Virus record (IMG/VR): IMGVR_UViG_3300010389_000003 | Location: 1-64,000 of that record | Length of the DNA stretch: 64,000 nt | Reading direction: 5' to 3' (one strand) | Source of the DNA: a virus | Shown here: positions 55,735 to 64,000 of the stretch, piece by piece | Numbering within the stretch: position 1 is the stretch's first letter | Layout of the letters: every line of letters starts with the position of its first letter | Notes under the pieces: generated by a model | What the model saw: the letters and a program-made list of their open reading frames with translations, nothing else | What the model was told of the DNA's origin: nothing | Database searches by the model: none | Made by a program: the position numbers and the translations under genes

Positions 55735-57774
55735 GTGAATAACAGCCATCTCTCATTTACGTTGCCAGAAGATTTCATCAAAACCTACTCAAAGAAGCAG
55801 CCCAATTGGGGCTTTCCTGTTGGTGGTGGTAATAGCCTTGGTGAGATTACTTTCCTTACTAAATACTCAAGAAAGAAAGAGGACGGATCAAAGGAACGCT
55901 GGTTCGAGGTCTGTAGAAGATGCGTAGAGGGTTACTACTCAATCCTCAAAGACCACTGTAAACAGAACCGGACGCCATGGAACGAGAATAAGGCGCAGGC
56001 TGCTGCGCAAGATGCGTATGATAGAATGTTTGCTTTTAAGTGGCTTCCGCCCGGTCGTGGACTGTGGGCCATGGGTACTCCTATGGTTCATGAGGATCGT
56101 GACTCAGCGCCCCTGTACAATTGCGCCTTCATTTCAACCGAGTTTATTTCAGCGCGATCGAAATACGATGCCACGTATCCATTCGTGAGACTGATGGAAA
56201 TGTCAATGAACGGAATCGGTGTTGGCTTCGATGTGGCTGGTGCTGGTAAGATTGAGCTTCATCAGCCACTTGAAGACACATGGACCTTTACCGTGCCCGA
56301 CACTAGAGAGGGCTGGGCAGAAGCGCTGGGTCATCTGTTGGAGTCTTTCTTCTTCAAGAACCGTAAGACTGTGTTGTTTGATTATTCCCTGGTACGGCCA
56401 GCCGGTGCTCCTATCAAGAGATTCGGAGGTACTGCATCTGGTCCAGAACCACTTGCTTTCACCCTAGAAAAGGTGCGCTCACTTCTCAGCAATCGTGAGG
56501 GCGGTAGAATCACTTCTCGTGATATTGTGGACATCAATAACCTCTCTGGCAAAGCTGTTGTTTCCGGCAACACGAGAAGATCAGCAGAGATAGCTTTGGG
56601 CTTTATTGATGATGATGATTTCATTAATATAAAGAACTGGGAAAGAGAAGAGAATTCTGAACGCATGAAGTACGATGGTACCGGTTGGGGTGGCCTTAGC
56701 AATAACACGGTTATCATTCGTGATGAGGAATCACCTGCTACGCTGGTCGACAGTATTGCCATCAACGGTGAGCCAGGGATCTTCAACATCGATCTAGCCA
56801 GAAAGTATGGCCGAATGGTTGATCCTGTAGATCCGAGTTTGGATTCGAAGGTAAGAGGTCTTAACCCCTGCGCTGAAATAACCCTTGAACATAACGAGCT
56901 ATGCAACCTGGCAGAATCCTTCCCACAGCATCACGATTCCATGGAGGACTATCTCCGGACAGAGAAGCATGCATACTTATACAGCAAGGCGGTAACCCTT
57001 CTGCCCACTCCTTGGCCCGAAACAAACGAGGTCATTGCAAGAAACAGAAGAATAGGTAGTTCGATGTCTGGTATTGCACAGTTCATCGAAAGCAATGACT
57101 GGGCAGTTCTGAGAACCTGGTCCGACACTGCCTACCATGAGATTCAGCGTAGAGATGAGCAATACTCTGAATGGTTGGGTATCCGTAAATCAATCAAGAC
57201 AACAACCATCAAGCCTTCCGGAACGGTGTCCATTCTTTGTGGAGCGACACCGGGAGTTCATTGGCCGGTTAAGAGTGGCGGCTACATTCGCCGTCAGCGT
57301 TTCTCAGCGGAAGATCCAATCGTCCCCATTTTCATTGAGGCTGGATATTATGTTGAGCCATCAGTCTCTGATGAGGGTACCGTTGTTGTTGATTTCTACA
57401 CTACCGGACCGGAGATGAGAGACGAGCGACAGGTTTCCGTGTGGGAAAAGGTTTCTGTTGCCGTTCTCATGCAGCGTTACTGGGCGGACAATGCCGTGTC
57501 AGCAACGTTCACATTTACGCCAGAAGAGGCAGATCAAATACCTCATGTCATCTCAGCCTATGGTGATCAGTTGAAGACACTCAGCTTTCTCCCGCTTGGT
57601 GAAGCCTCTTCTCCTGGTATGTATCCCCAGATGCCCTATGAAGCAGTGGAGGACAAGAAGTTTGAGGAAAAGGTTAATAAAGTCAAACGTCTTGACTTCG
57701 ACATGCTGTATCATGGTAACCTAGGAGATGTCGATGCAGAAAAGTTCTGCACGAATGATACATGTGAGATCTGA
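55735..57774 (+). CDS. nrdJ: Class II (adenosylcobalamin-dependent) ribonucleotide reductase, monomeric RTPR type
   Basis: PPGRGLW, NCAF, RRSAEI, NPCAE, CNLAE, TTIKPSGT, C-terminal CTNDTC redox pair. Confidence 0.93.
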   Translation: MNNSHLSFTLPEDFIKTYSKKQPNWGFPVGGGNSLGEITFLTKYSRKKEDGSKERWFEVCRRCVEGYYSILKDHCKQNRTPWNENKAQAAAQDAYDRMFAFKWLPPGRGLWAMGTPMVHEDRDSAPLYNCAFISTEFISARSKYDATYPFVRLMEMSMNGIGVGFDVAGAGKIELHQPLEDTWTFTVPDTREGWAEALGHLLESFFFKNRKTVLFDYSLVRPAGAPIKRFGGTASGPEPLAFTLEKVRSLLSNREGGRITSRDIVDINNLSGKAVVSGNTRRSAEIALGFIDDDDFINIKNWEREENSERMKYDGTGWGGLSNNTVIIRDEESPATLVDSIAINGEPGIFNIDLARKYGRMVDPVDPSLDSKVRGLNPCAEITLEHNELCNLAESFPQHHDSMEDYLRTEKHAYLYSKAVTLLPTPWPETNEVIARNRRIGSSMSGIAQFIESNDWAVLRTWSDTAYHEIQRRDEQYSEWLGIRKSIKTTTIKPSGTVSILCGATPGVHWPVKSGGYIRRQRFSAEDPIVPIFIEAGYYVEPSVSDEGTVVVDFYTTGPEMRDERQVSVWEKVSVAVLMQRYWADNAVSATFTFTPEEADQIPHVISAYGDQLKTLSFLPLGEASSPGMYPQMPYEAVEDKKFEEKVNKVKRLDFDMLYHGNLGDVDAEKFCTNDTCEI

Positions 57775-57933
57775 ATGATATCAGAAATTGTTTCCACGAT
57801 CATGATCGTACTGTTGACAGCCGTTCCATTGAGCATGCTTGCTTATTGGTGCTCTTCCATTATGGACAATATCAATCATGAACCCCTGCCAGAAAATTGG
57901 CAAACAATCGAAGAGGATATTGAGGGACAATAA
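57775..57933 (+). CDS. Small single-TM protein (52 aa, not in ORF track)
   Basis: MISEIVSTIMIVLLTAVPLSMLAYWCSS...EGQ* exactly fills the nrdJ-thyX gap. Confidence 0.55.
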   Translation: MISEIVSTIMIVLLTAVPLSMLAYWCSSIMDNINHEPLPENWQTIEEDIEGQ

Positions 57934-57936
57934 AAA

Positions 57937-58641
57937 ATGAGAGAACAAGTAGACTTCCTGGACAAGGGCTATGTAAGATTAGTCGATGTCATGGGCTCGG
58001 ACTTGAGTGTCGCCAATGCTGCACGCGCTTCTTATCAGAAAGAGTCAGATGAGTTTTCTGACGCAGATGCAAGATTGATTGATTTTCTCGTCAAAGAGAA
58101 TCACACATCTCCATTGCGCCATGCATTCGTCACCATTGAGTGTCATGCTCCTTTGATGATTGCTCGTCAATGGTTTAAGTATGTGGTTGGTTCCGATCAC
58201 ACAATGGATTCGTGGAACGAGGCTAGTCGTCGGTATGTGACATCTGAACCAGAGTTCTATTTGGTCAAACCAGATGAATGGCGTGGTGCCCCCGAGAATT
58301 CAAAGCAAGGTTCGGGTGGTCCAGTATCGGACGATGTCGGCATGACATTAACTGCCGAACTTGGTAGCCATATCTCTCGTTCGGTAGAATTGTATGAGCA
58401 AGCAATGAAATGGGGTGTTTGTGCAGAGCAGGCAAGACTTTTCTTGCCAGCCTATGGACTCTATGTCTACTGGAGATGGTCAGCTAGCCTTCAGGCTGTT
58501 TGTCATTTCCTGGCACAGCGCCTTGCTCACGACGCTCAGCATGAGATCACTAGGGCCGCAGAGGCCGTTGCAGAGCTTGTGCAACCAAGATTCCCAGTAA
58601 CTATAGGAAAGTGGTTAGAGGTTCATGGAACTCATAAGTAA
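57937..58641 (+). CDS. thyX: Flavin-dependent thymidylate synthase
   Basis: AARASY, HTSPLRH, IARQW, NEASRRY, EQARLFLP, AQHEI. Confidence 0.92.
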   Translation: MREQVDFLDKGYVRLVDVMGSDLSVANAARASYQKESDEFSDADARLIDFLVKENHTSPLRHAFVTIECHAPLMIARQWFKYVVGSDHTMDSWNEASRRYVTSEPEFYLVKPDEWRGAPENSKQGSGGPVSDDVGMTLTAELGSHISRSVELYEQAMKWGVCAEQARLFLPAYGLYVYWRWSASLQAVCHFLAQRLAHDAQHEITRAAEAVAELVQPRFPVTIGKWLEVHGTHK

Positions 58642-58780
58642 TATAATCGCAAGTATATTATTGTTCTTGTCGGTTGGTTTTACGATCAGCGCAGTCAATG
58701 ATCTTGAGGCGGGCAAGCGGTCCGCGATCTTGTATCTAGTTTCATTGGCCTGTATTGTGGGAGCCGTGTTTCTGCTGTGA
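58625..58780 (+). CDS. Small two-TM protein (51 aa, not in ORF track)
   Basis: MELISNIIASILLFLSVGFTISAV...AILYLVSLACIVGAVFLL*; GAGG RBS; overlaps both neighbours. Confidence 0.55.
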   Translation: MELISNIIASILLFLSVGFTISAVNDLEAGKRSAILYLVSLACIVGAVFLL

Positions 58781-59244
58781 TGAAGATCACCCGTAAAGAT
58801 GAGCAGATGATGGCGCTGTGTCTTGCACAAGCTAAGATTTTCAGAACGTGTTCAAGAAGAGCGGCCGCTGCAATTATTGTTGATGAGAGATATCATGTCA
58901 TTGGCACGGGCTACAATGGGGTTCCATCTGGAATGACCCACTGTATAGATGGCGGCTGCCCTCGGGGTCAGTCTGATGTCAAGCCCGGTAGCGAGTACGG
59001 AAATTGTTTCGCTATCCACGCAGAAGCCAATGCTCTACTGCATAGCGACTATACGGCAAACGGAAAGTACATGTACGTCAGCAGCGAACCATGCTTTGAT
59101 TGTGCTAAACTGATAGCGAACAGTACCATAATAGGAATTTACTACCTGCACGATCCCAACTTTGATGCAGAGAAGTCTATGATGATACTGCATAAAGCAG
59201 GAGTTGAAACGTGCGTGATGGGAGAGGTTGAAAGTGCCAGCTAA
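58780..59244 (+). CDS. dCMP deaminase
   Basis: TGYNG.P.G, HAEANA, PCFDC zinc motifs. Confidence 0.92.
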   Translation: MKITRKDEQMMALCLAQAKIFRTCSRRAAAAIIVDERYHVIGTGYNGVPSGMTHCIDGGCPRGQSDVKPGSEYGNCFAIHAEANALLHSDYTANGKYMYVSSEPCFDCAKLIANSTIIGIYYLHDPNFDAEKSMMILHKAGVETCVMGEVESAS

Positions 59245-59482
59245 CAAGATGAACTATTTAGTTATATACGAGGGCCATAGTCAAGTATATGGTGCTGGTA
59301 GTGAAAAGATAGCCCTTGCATCACCACCCCCTGAGGGGTATGATCTTGAAGACAAGCACGTCTTGTTCGTGACTTACGAGCCAGACAACGAAGAGGTTGC
59401 GGTCTTTGAGGTACCCAAGGATGAAGTGATGGAAGCAGAGATTGTATATCCGAAAACCATGACAAAGAGAGCAAAGAAATGA
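59234..59482 (+). CDS. Hypothetical protein
   Basis: GGAGAGG RBS before GTG; translationally coupled to neighbours. Confidence 0.6.
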   Translation: MPANKMNYLVIYEGHSQVYGAGSEKIALASPPPEGYDLEDKHVLFVTYEPDNEEVAVFEVPKDEVMEAEIVYPKTMTKRAKK

Positions 59483-59670
59483 GATTAGATGTTGGCCCCG
59501 GACAGGCGGGGCTGGTCCTGGACAAGAGCTTGCTGGAACACATATGCCTTACCTATACCGTTTTAGGTGATGAACAAAAGGATTATGATCTACGCAAGCA
59601 ATGGCATTCAGTTGCTTCCGAGATAAAATCTTGGCTAGAATGGAATGAGCAGGCCGATGAAGAAGACTGA
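59479..59670 (+). CDS. Hypothetical protein
   Basis: ATGA overlap with the upstream gene. Confidence 0.55.
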   Translation: MRLDVGPGQAGLVLDKSLLEHICLTYTVLGDEQKDYDLRKQWHSVASEIKSWLEWNEQADEED

Positions 59671-59890
59671 GCATCTCGCAATTGTTGGCTTGTTGGCTCT
59701 GATGATCCTCTCCAGAAAGGCAACCGAGAGAAAGCACATCAAGGAAGTTCAGATGATGACGAGATTAGGTGAATTTTTTGATAAACAGGATCTCACCTAT
59801 GCGAAAAAAGATTATCTAAACCTGCGCAGCCACTACAGTCCGGAGCAATCATTCAACATGGTGGTCATCAAGGGCGGCGGTGAAATATGA
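59645..59890 (+). CDS. Hypothetical protein with N-terminal hydrophobic segment
   Basis: LAIVGLLALMILS; ATGA overlap with the downstream GT gene. Confidence 0.55.
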   Translation: MSRPMKKTEHLAIVGLLALMILSRKATERKHIKEVQMMTRLGEFFDKQDLTYAKKDYLNLRSHYSPEQSFNMVVIKGGGEI

Positions 59891-60660
59891 TCGACCTCTG
59901 TGTGGTCAACTACAAGACCCCAAAGCACCTGAATCGCCTACTCGAAACACTCTGCCGCAGAGAGGGCAATTGGAAACTCTATATAGCCGATAACGGTGGA
60001 GACGAAGAGTCCGCTAGGGTGATTAACAAACATGCCGAGTTTATAGAGCATGCGGTATTCAATGAGAACATAGGATACTCCGCTGCCTGCAATCAATTGG
60101 CTTCTATGGGCGACAGCAAGTATCTCTCTCTGCTCAATGCAGATGTTTGGATGAGACCCGAGCATGTCGAAGCCATCGAGGAGGTGCTTGAGTCTGATGA
60201 ATCCATAGCCATATTGGGTCCCAAGCAGATGAACGAAAGAAACGAAATAGTCCATGCTGGAATCATTGGAACCAATACCCATCCAGCACATAGGGGTTGG
60301 CGCGTGGTGGATCACCAAGACACCATGTTCAAGGATCGGATAGACTGTGTAACCGTATCCGGTTCTGCATATTTCGTTCGTAGAGATGTGTGGGAAAAGC
60401 TGGGAGCTGACCCTGAATATAGAGATTTGTTCCCTGATGCCCTTGGCCCCTTTTTGCTTACACCTCATTACTACGAGGAAACCTTTTGTTCCTATTTTGC
60501 AAGACATAGGGGTTATCGCGTTGTCTATGACGGCACCGTCACCATTGGGCATTCATGGCATGCCAGCTCTGATGTTGGTGGTAGTGCAGATAGAATGTTC
60601 ACGGTATCCAGAGACATATTCCGCAAGACATGTGAACACCTCAACATAGCAACCGATTGA
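59887..60660 (+). CDS. Glycosyltransferase family 2 (WbbL/rhamnosyltransferase-like)
   Basis: VVNY, ADNG, NIGYSAACN, LLNAD, VSGS, YYEET. Confidence 0.88.
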   Translation: MIDLCVVNYKTPKHLNRLLETLCRREGNWKLYIADNGGDEESARVINKHAEFIEHAVFNENIGYSAACNQLASMGDSKYLSLLNADVWMRPEHVEAIEEVLESDESIAILGPKQMNERNEIVHAGIIGTNTHPAHRGWRVVDHQDTMFKDRIDCVTVSGSAYFVRRDVWEKLGADPEYRDLFPDALGPFLLTPHYYEETFCSYFARHRGYRVVYDGTVTIGHSWHASSDVGGSADRMFTVSRDIFRKTCEHLNIATD

Positions 60661-60679
60661 ATTTTTCTGTAAAAAGGCG

Positions 60680-60708
60680 TTGCAATAGATTGAAGTACCT
60701 GATAGATT
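60680..60708 (+). promoter_or_regulatory. Host sigma70/sigmaA-type promoter
   Basis: TTGCAA-N17-TAGATT with TGn extended -10 and an AT-rich upstream region. Confidence 0.65.
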
Positions 60709-60744
60709 AATCCACAGCTTACAACCAACAAAAAAGGAAGCATA

Positions 60745-60927
60745 GTGAGCAACAACAAGAACAAGACATGGACAGTTACCTTGACCGCAGTAGTCAAGGC
60801 CAACACAAAGCGTGAGGCTGAGCTAGCCGTTAGCCGCGCCCGTGTTCCAGAGACAACGGTTGTCAGCCGAGACGTTACCGTTGAGCAGATTCCAGCTCGT
60901 GAAGCCAATAGGTATATGGCCTCCTGA
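60745..60927 (+). CDS. Small basic protein in its own transcription unit
   Basis: AAAGGAAG RBS, GTG start; flanked by a promoter and a terminator. Confidence 0.7.
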   Translation: MSNNKNKTWTVTLTAVVKANTKREAELAVSRARVPETTVVSRDVTVEQIPAREANRYMAS

Positions 60928-60950
60928 CCCAAGGTACACTAATAGAGTTC

Positions 60951-60982
60951 AAGGGGAGGGCTTGTCCCTCCCCTTTTTCTTT
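60951..60982 (+). terminator. Intrinsic terminator
   Basis: aaggggaggg-cttgt-ccctcccctt followed by tttcttt. Confidence 0.85.
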
Positions 60983-60990
60983 GATAAAAT
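60962..60990 (+). promoter_or_regulatory. Second sigma70-like promoter overlapping the terminator
   Basis: TTGTCC-N17-TAAAAT with TGn extension, upstream of the 61017 GT gene. Confidence 0.5.
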
Positions 60991-61016
60991 AGTGTTGACT
61001 CTAGGAGAGAACGGTT

Positions 61017-61718
61017 ATGAAAATAGTCGCCAACATGATTGGTTACAACGAGGCAGATAGATATCTACCCGAAGTGTTAGAACATTTACGGCCCCTGGTT
61101 GATGACATTGTTTTTACTGATGACGCCTCAACTGATAACACGCTGGAAGTGGCAGAGGGCTTCGGTGCACACGTGTATGCAAGCCTCTGGAAAGAGCCCA
61201 TGTTCAAGATGAACGAAGCTCGCCTTCGTCAGTTCTCTTGGTGGAACTTGGAGAACCACGCATCTGTTGGTGACTGGGTCTTGGCAATTGATTGTGACGA
61301 GAAACTATACGAGACGTTTGACGACATTAAGATGCGTGATCTTATCCAGGAAGAGGACTTCGATGTCATCAACATCAAGTTCGTACATATGTGGAGTCGT
61401 ACACACTTTAGGGTAGACAAGCTGTGGGCTCCCACCGACTCTCAAAGACTGTTTAGGTTCAGAGAAAACGCACAATATCGAAACAAGAGATTAGCTTGCG
61501 GCGCAGAGCCAGCATATGTTATTGAGGCATTGAGACAAAATAGATTCCTCGTGAACAGTGGTCTAGTGATGCAGCATCTGGGGTATGCCGCCGAAGGAGA
61601 TAAGGACGTTAAGTACCAAAGATATATGGAGCTTGATAAGGGCCAATATCACAATATCGATCATCTAAATTCCATCATTGACGAAGAAGTAGAACTAGTG
61701 GAGTGGAAGCTTTCCTAA
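61017..61718 (+). CDS. Glycosyltransferase family 2
   Basis: YNEA, DDASTDNT, WVLAIDCDE, HLGY. Confidence 0.85.
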   Translation: MKIVANMIGYNEADRYLPEVLEHLRPLVDDIVFTDDASTDNTLEVAEGFGAHVYASLWKEPMFKMNEARLRQFSWWNLENHASVGDWVLAIDCDEKLYETFDDIKMRDLIQEEDFDVINIKFVHMWSRTHFRVDKLWAPTDSQRLFRFRENAQYRNKRLACGAEPAYVIEALRQNRFLVNSGLVMQHLGYAAEGDKDVKYQRYMELDKGQYHNIDHLNSIIDEEVELVEWKLS

Positions 61719-62401
61719 TGCCAAGAGTAAGTATTATCTTAACCTCATACAACAGACCATATTTCCTAATGCAGTCGATCTGCTCTGCAATCAATCAGAC
61801 CAGCAGAGACTTTGAGTTGATTGTGTGTGACGACAATTCGCCAGACCCCTTAGTAGAAGAGATTCTTTCTACTTTTGAAGAACATGATGATCACGTAAAG
61901 GTTTATCGCAGTGGGGTAGCGGAAGAGGACAGATATAAGACTGCGCGATACGCGACCATGATCAATCACGCAGTAAGAAACATTGCAGAAGGTGACCTCA
62001 TTACATATCTTACCGATGATGATATCTTCTATCCAGATAGAATCGAGAGAGGCATTGCAGCTTTTGATAACAACCCGTCTTATCAGGTTGTTTATTTTAA
62101 TCAGAATGTTTTAGATCTAGATCTTAGGATATGCGGCCAGCGTGAATTTGGAGACAAGCCCGTCTACAAAGCAGGGGATGCCGTTGATCATAATTCTGTC
62201 ATGCATACAAAAGAGTTGTTCGATAGGGTTGATGGTTGGCCTGATATGGAACACCTGTGGGGTGGAGCAGACGCTGGGTTCTTCAAGGGAATCAATGACA
62301 AAGGCATAGCTTTCATGCCAGTCGGCGGCGCACCGGGAGATGGTCATCGGTATCACGAAGAGTCCGTACAATGGAAGCTAGCCAACGGAGTCTTTGGGTA
62401 A
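61718..62401 (+). CDS. Glycosyltransferase family 2 (SpsA-like)
   Basis: VSIILTSYNR, SAINQT, DDNS, YLTDDD. Confidence 0.9.
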   Translation: MPRVSIILTSYNRPYFLMQSICSAINQTSRDFELIVCDDNSPDPLVEEILSTFEEHDDHVKVYRSGVAEEDRYKTARYATMINHAVRNIAEGDLITYLTDDDIFYPDRIERGIAAFDNNPSYQVVYFNQNVLDLDLRICGQREFGDKPVYKAGDAVDHNSVMHTKELFDRVDGWPDMEHLWGGADAGFFKGINDKGIAFMPVGGAPGDGHRYHEESVQWKLANGVFG

Positions 62402-62931
62402 TGGACATTACAGTTGTAACACCGACGCTGCCACAGAGAAGCCCACTATTGGCAGAAGCTGTGGCTTCGGTTTCCAAACAGACCCATCAGGTATCTGGGC
62501 ATTTGATTGGAGCAGACTATCGGCGTGATGGTCCTGTTGATATGAGAAATCGGCTCATCAATATAGTGGACACAGAATGGACTGCGTTTCTTGATGATGA
62601 TGACATACTCTTCCCTAAACACTTTGAGGTTATGCTACCCTACGCAGATAAAGCCGACTTGATCTGGACCTGGTGTGTTTCAGAGGGTAGGGGCAGCTTT
62701 AACCCGAACAGCAGCTTCAATGAGCGTAGACTTAGAGAGGATGGCAATTATATACCCATAACGGTAGCGGTCAGAACAAGCTTCTTACGTGAAGTTGGTG
62801 GGTTCAGAGAACATCCACAGGAAGATTGGGACCTATGGGTACGCCTTCTTGATGCAGGTGCTCGATTTCTTAATGTGCCTGTGATAACATGGAACTATAG
62901 ATTCCTTGGAGAGAATAGGACATTTGGATGA
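62401..62931 (+). CDS. Glycosyltransferase family 2
   Basis: ITVVTPT, RNRL, AFLDDDD, VGGF, EDWDLW. Confidence 0.9.
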   Translation: MDITVVTPTLPQRSPLLAEAVASVSKQTHQVSGHLIGADYRRDGPVDMRNRLINIVDTEWTAFLDDDDILFPKHFEVMLPYADKADLIWTWCVSEGRGSFNPNSSFNERRLREDGNYIPITVAVRTSFLREVGGFREHPQEDWDLWVRLLDAGARFLNVPVITWNYRFLGENRTFG

Positions 62932-63629
62932 AAGATTTGACGATTGTTATTCCATTTAGGGCTGCCAGTGAACGTCGCATGCAGATAATGGATTGGATTT
63001 GTAACAGATATAGAATATTGTTTCCCGAATCAAACATTGTTGTCTCGGATTCCGATAAAGATAAGCCCTTTAGTAGGGCTCAGTCTAGGAACCATGGGGT
63101 AGACATGGTTGATACGGAATATCTTTTGTTAGCTGATGCAGACACGATACCGTTTCGTCCCTTCATTGAACTTGGTGTCAAGGCACTTCAGGAAGGTGCA
63201 AACTGGGTAGTGCCTTATGGTACTAGAGGTTTCTATGTCTTGAAGAAACCATTTTCAGATAAGTTGCTATCTGGTCCGCCCGATGCATTTGTTACGCCGG
63301 ATACATTTGAATGGCTACATCAAACCGAATCATGGGGAGGACTTATCTTGATGAGAACAGAATCCTTCTACGAGGTCAATGGTTATGATGAAAGATTCCA
63401 GGGTTGGGGATACGAAGATAACGCTTTCCAGCGTGCGATGGATACGATCATCGGTGAGTTTACTCGCATCGAATCAGGATGGAGCGCTCACCTGTGGCAT
63501 GAAGCACCCATGGAAGAGACCTGGGAGCACCCACAAATAAAAGTCAATATTGACAGATTGAGTCATTATGTAGAGGCAGTAGGCAATCGTGAACAAATGC
63601 TTTCTGTAGTAAGCGGAAATAGGATTTGA
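62928..63629 (+). CDS. GT-A glycosyltransferase with GT7-like C-terminal motif
   Basis: IVIPFR, FSRAQSRN.G, DAD, NGYDERFQGWGYED, HLWH. Confidence 0.88.
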   Translation: MKDLTIVIPFRAASERRMQIMDWICNRYRILFPESNIVVSDSDKDKPFSRAQSRNHGVDMVDTEYLLLADADTIPFRPFIELGVKALQEGANWVVPYGTRGFYVLKKPFSDKLLSGPPDAFVTPDTFEWLHQTESWGGLILMRTESFYEVNGYDERFQGWGYEDNAFQRAMDTIIGEFTRIESGWSAHLWHEAPMEETWEHPQIKVNIDRLSHYVEAVGNREQMLSVVSGNRI

Positions 63630-63632
63630 TTG

Positions 63633-64000
63633 ATGGACAAGCTTAAGTTGAACATCATAGGTGACACATTCACCTATAGACATAGTGGCAATAAGGGCTT
63701 CTCTGTTCACCAGAAAGAAGCAAAGCACCTGGAGTGGACTCAAGATGGCTCCGGGGTTGGCTCTGTTTATGTCGATGTAGCAGTCCATAGGGGTCAGAAT
63801 TTCAATTTCGGTGGCCCCAGATATGCCTGGTTGTATGAATCGAAATTTATAGTTCCGGGTCCAACGGCAGATGTCTTGTCTCACACTGATTGGTATTTAG
63901 ATAACTTTGACTTGATCTTCACACACGATCAAGAGATATTAGCTTTGAGCGACAAATGCAAGTTCGTTCCAGCTAATGGGATCTGGATCGAAGAGCCCAA
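63633..64000 (+). CDS. 3'-truncated probable glycosyltransferase (GT10/fucosyltransferase-like N-terminus)
   Basis: Open frame MDKLKLNIIG...YAWLYES...FDLIFTHD...FVPANGIWIEEP runs off the window; family call from recalled pattern only. Confidence 0.5.
   Translation, partial: MDKLKLNIIGDTFTYRHSGNKGFSVHQKEAKHLEWTQDGSGVGSVYVDVAVHRGQNFNFGGPRYAWLYESKFIVPGPTADVLSHTDWYLDNFDLIFTHDQEILALSDKCKFVPANGIWIEEP

Larger units (their letters stand above)
1..64000 (+). mobile_element. Segment of a large contractile-tailed (myovirus-like) bacteriophage genome
   Basis: Colinear sheath, tube, chaperone, tape-measure-like, hub, spike, gp25-like, baseplate J and holin genes, followed by NrdJ/ThyX/dCMP deaminase. 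All credible genes are on one strand and tightly packed; no cellular housekeeping context. Confidence 0.95.

Noticed and set aside
56382-56906. 174-aa minus-strand ORF
   Set aside because: Antisense to nrdJ. The other short minus-strand and off-frame ORFs in the track are rejected for the same reason.
59938-60552. 204-aa minus-strand ORF
   Set aside because: Fully antisense to a clear GT2 gene.
1-64000. tRNA/rRNA genes, introns, inteins, stop-codon recoding
   Set aside because: None recognised by eye; intergenic gaps are short and the enzymes are uninterrupted under code 11. tRNAscan/Infernal were not run.

Overview
The whole 64 kb window is a gene-dense, entirely plus-strand segment of a large myovirus-type tailed phage genome, with estimated GC around 47-49% and standard code 11. 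About 1-54.9 kb is a virion morphogenesis region: a repeat-rich fibre-like protein, neck proteins, two tail-sheath paralogs, three tail-tube paralogs, two chaperone paralogs, a tape-measure-like giant protein, a 2930-aa hub, an M15 peptidase, a split spike, gp25-like and J-like wedge proteins, large baseplate/fibre proteins and a holin. About 55-64 kb holds nucleotide metabolism genes (class II RNR, ThyX, dCMP deaminase) and at least six glycosyltransferase genes. The main candidate novelties are: (1) a 1356-aa protein inside the tail operon with ordered motifs of single-chain two-barrel (YonO/QDE-1-like) RNA polymerases but a variant, apparently permuted catalytic barrel (GGADFDD before R-x-P); (2) a strongly enriched Ala-Thr-Pro motif in virion proteins together with a glycosyltransferase cluster, suggesting a virion O-glycosylation system; (3) a thermonuclease-like domain fused to the baseplate hub; (4) a recurring TTACTAW late-promoter-like motif followed by structured leaders. 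All calls come from manual motif reading; no searches were run.
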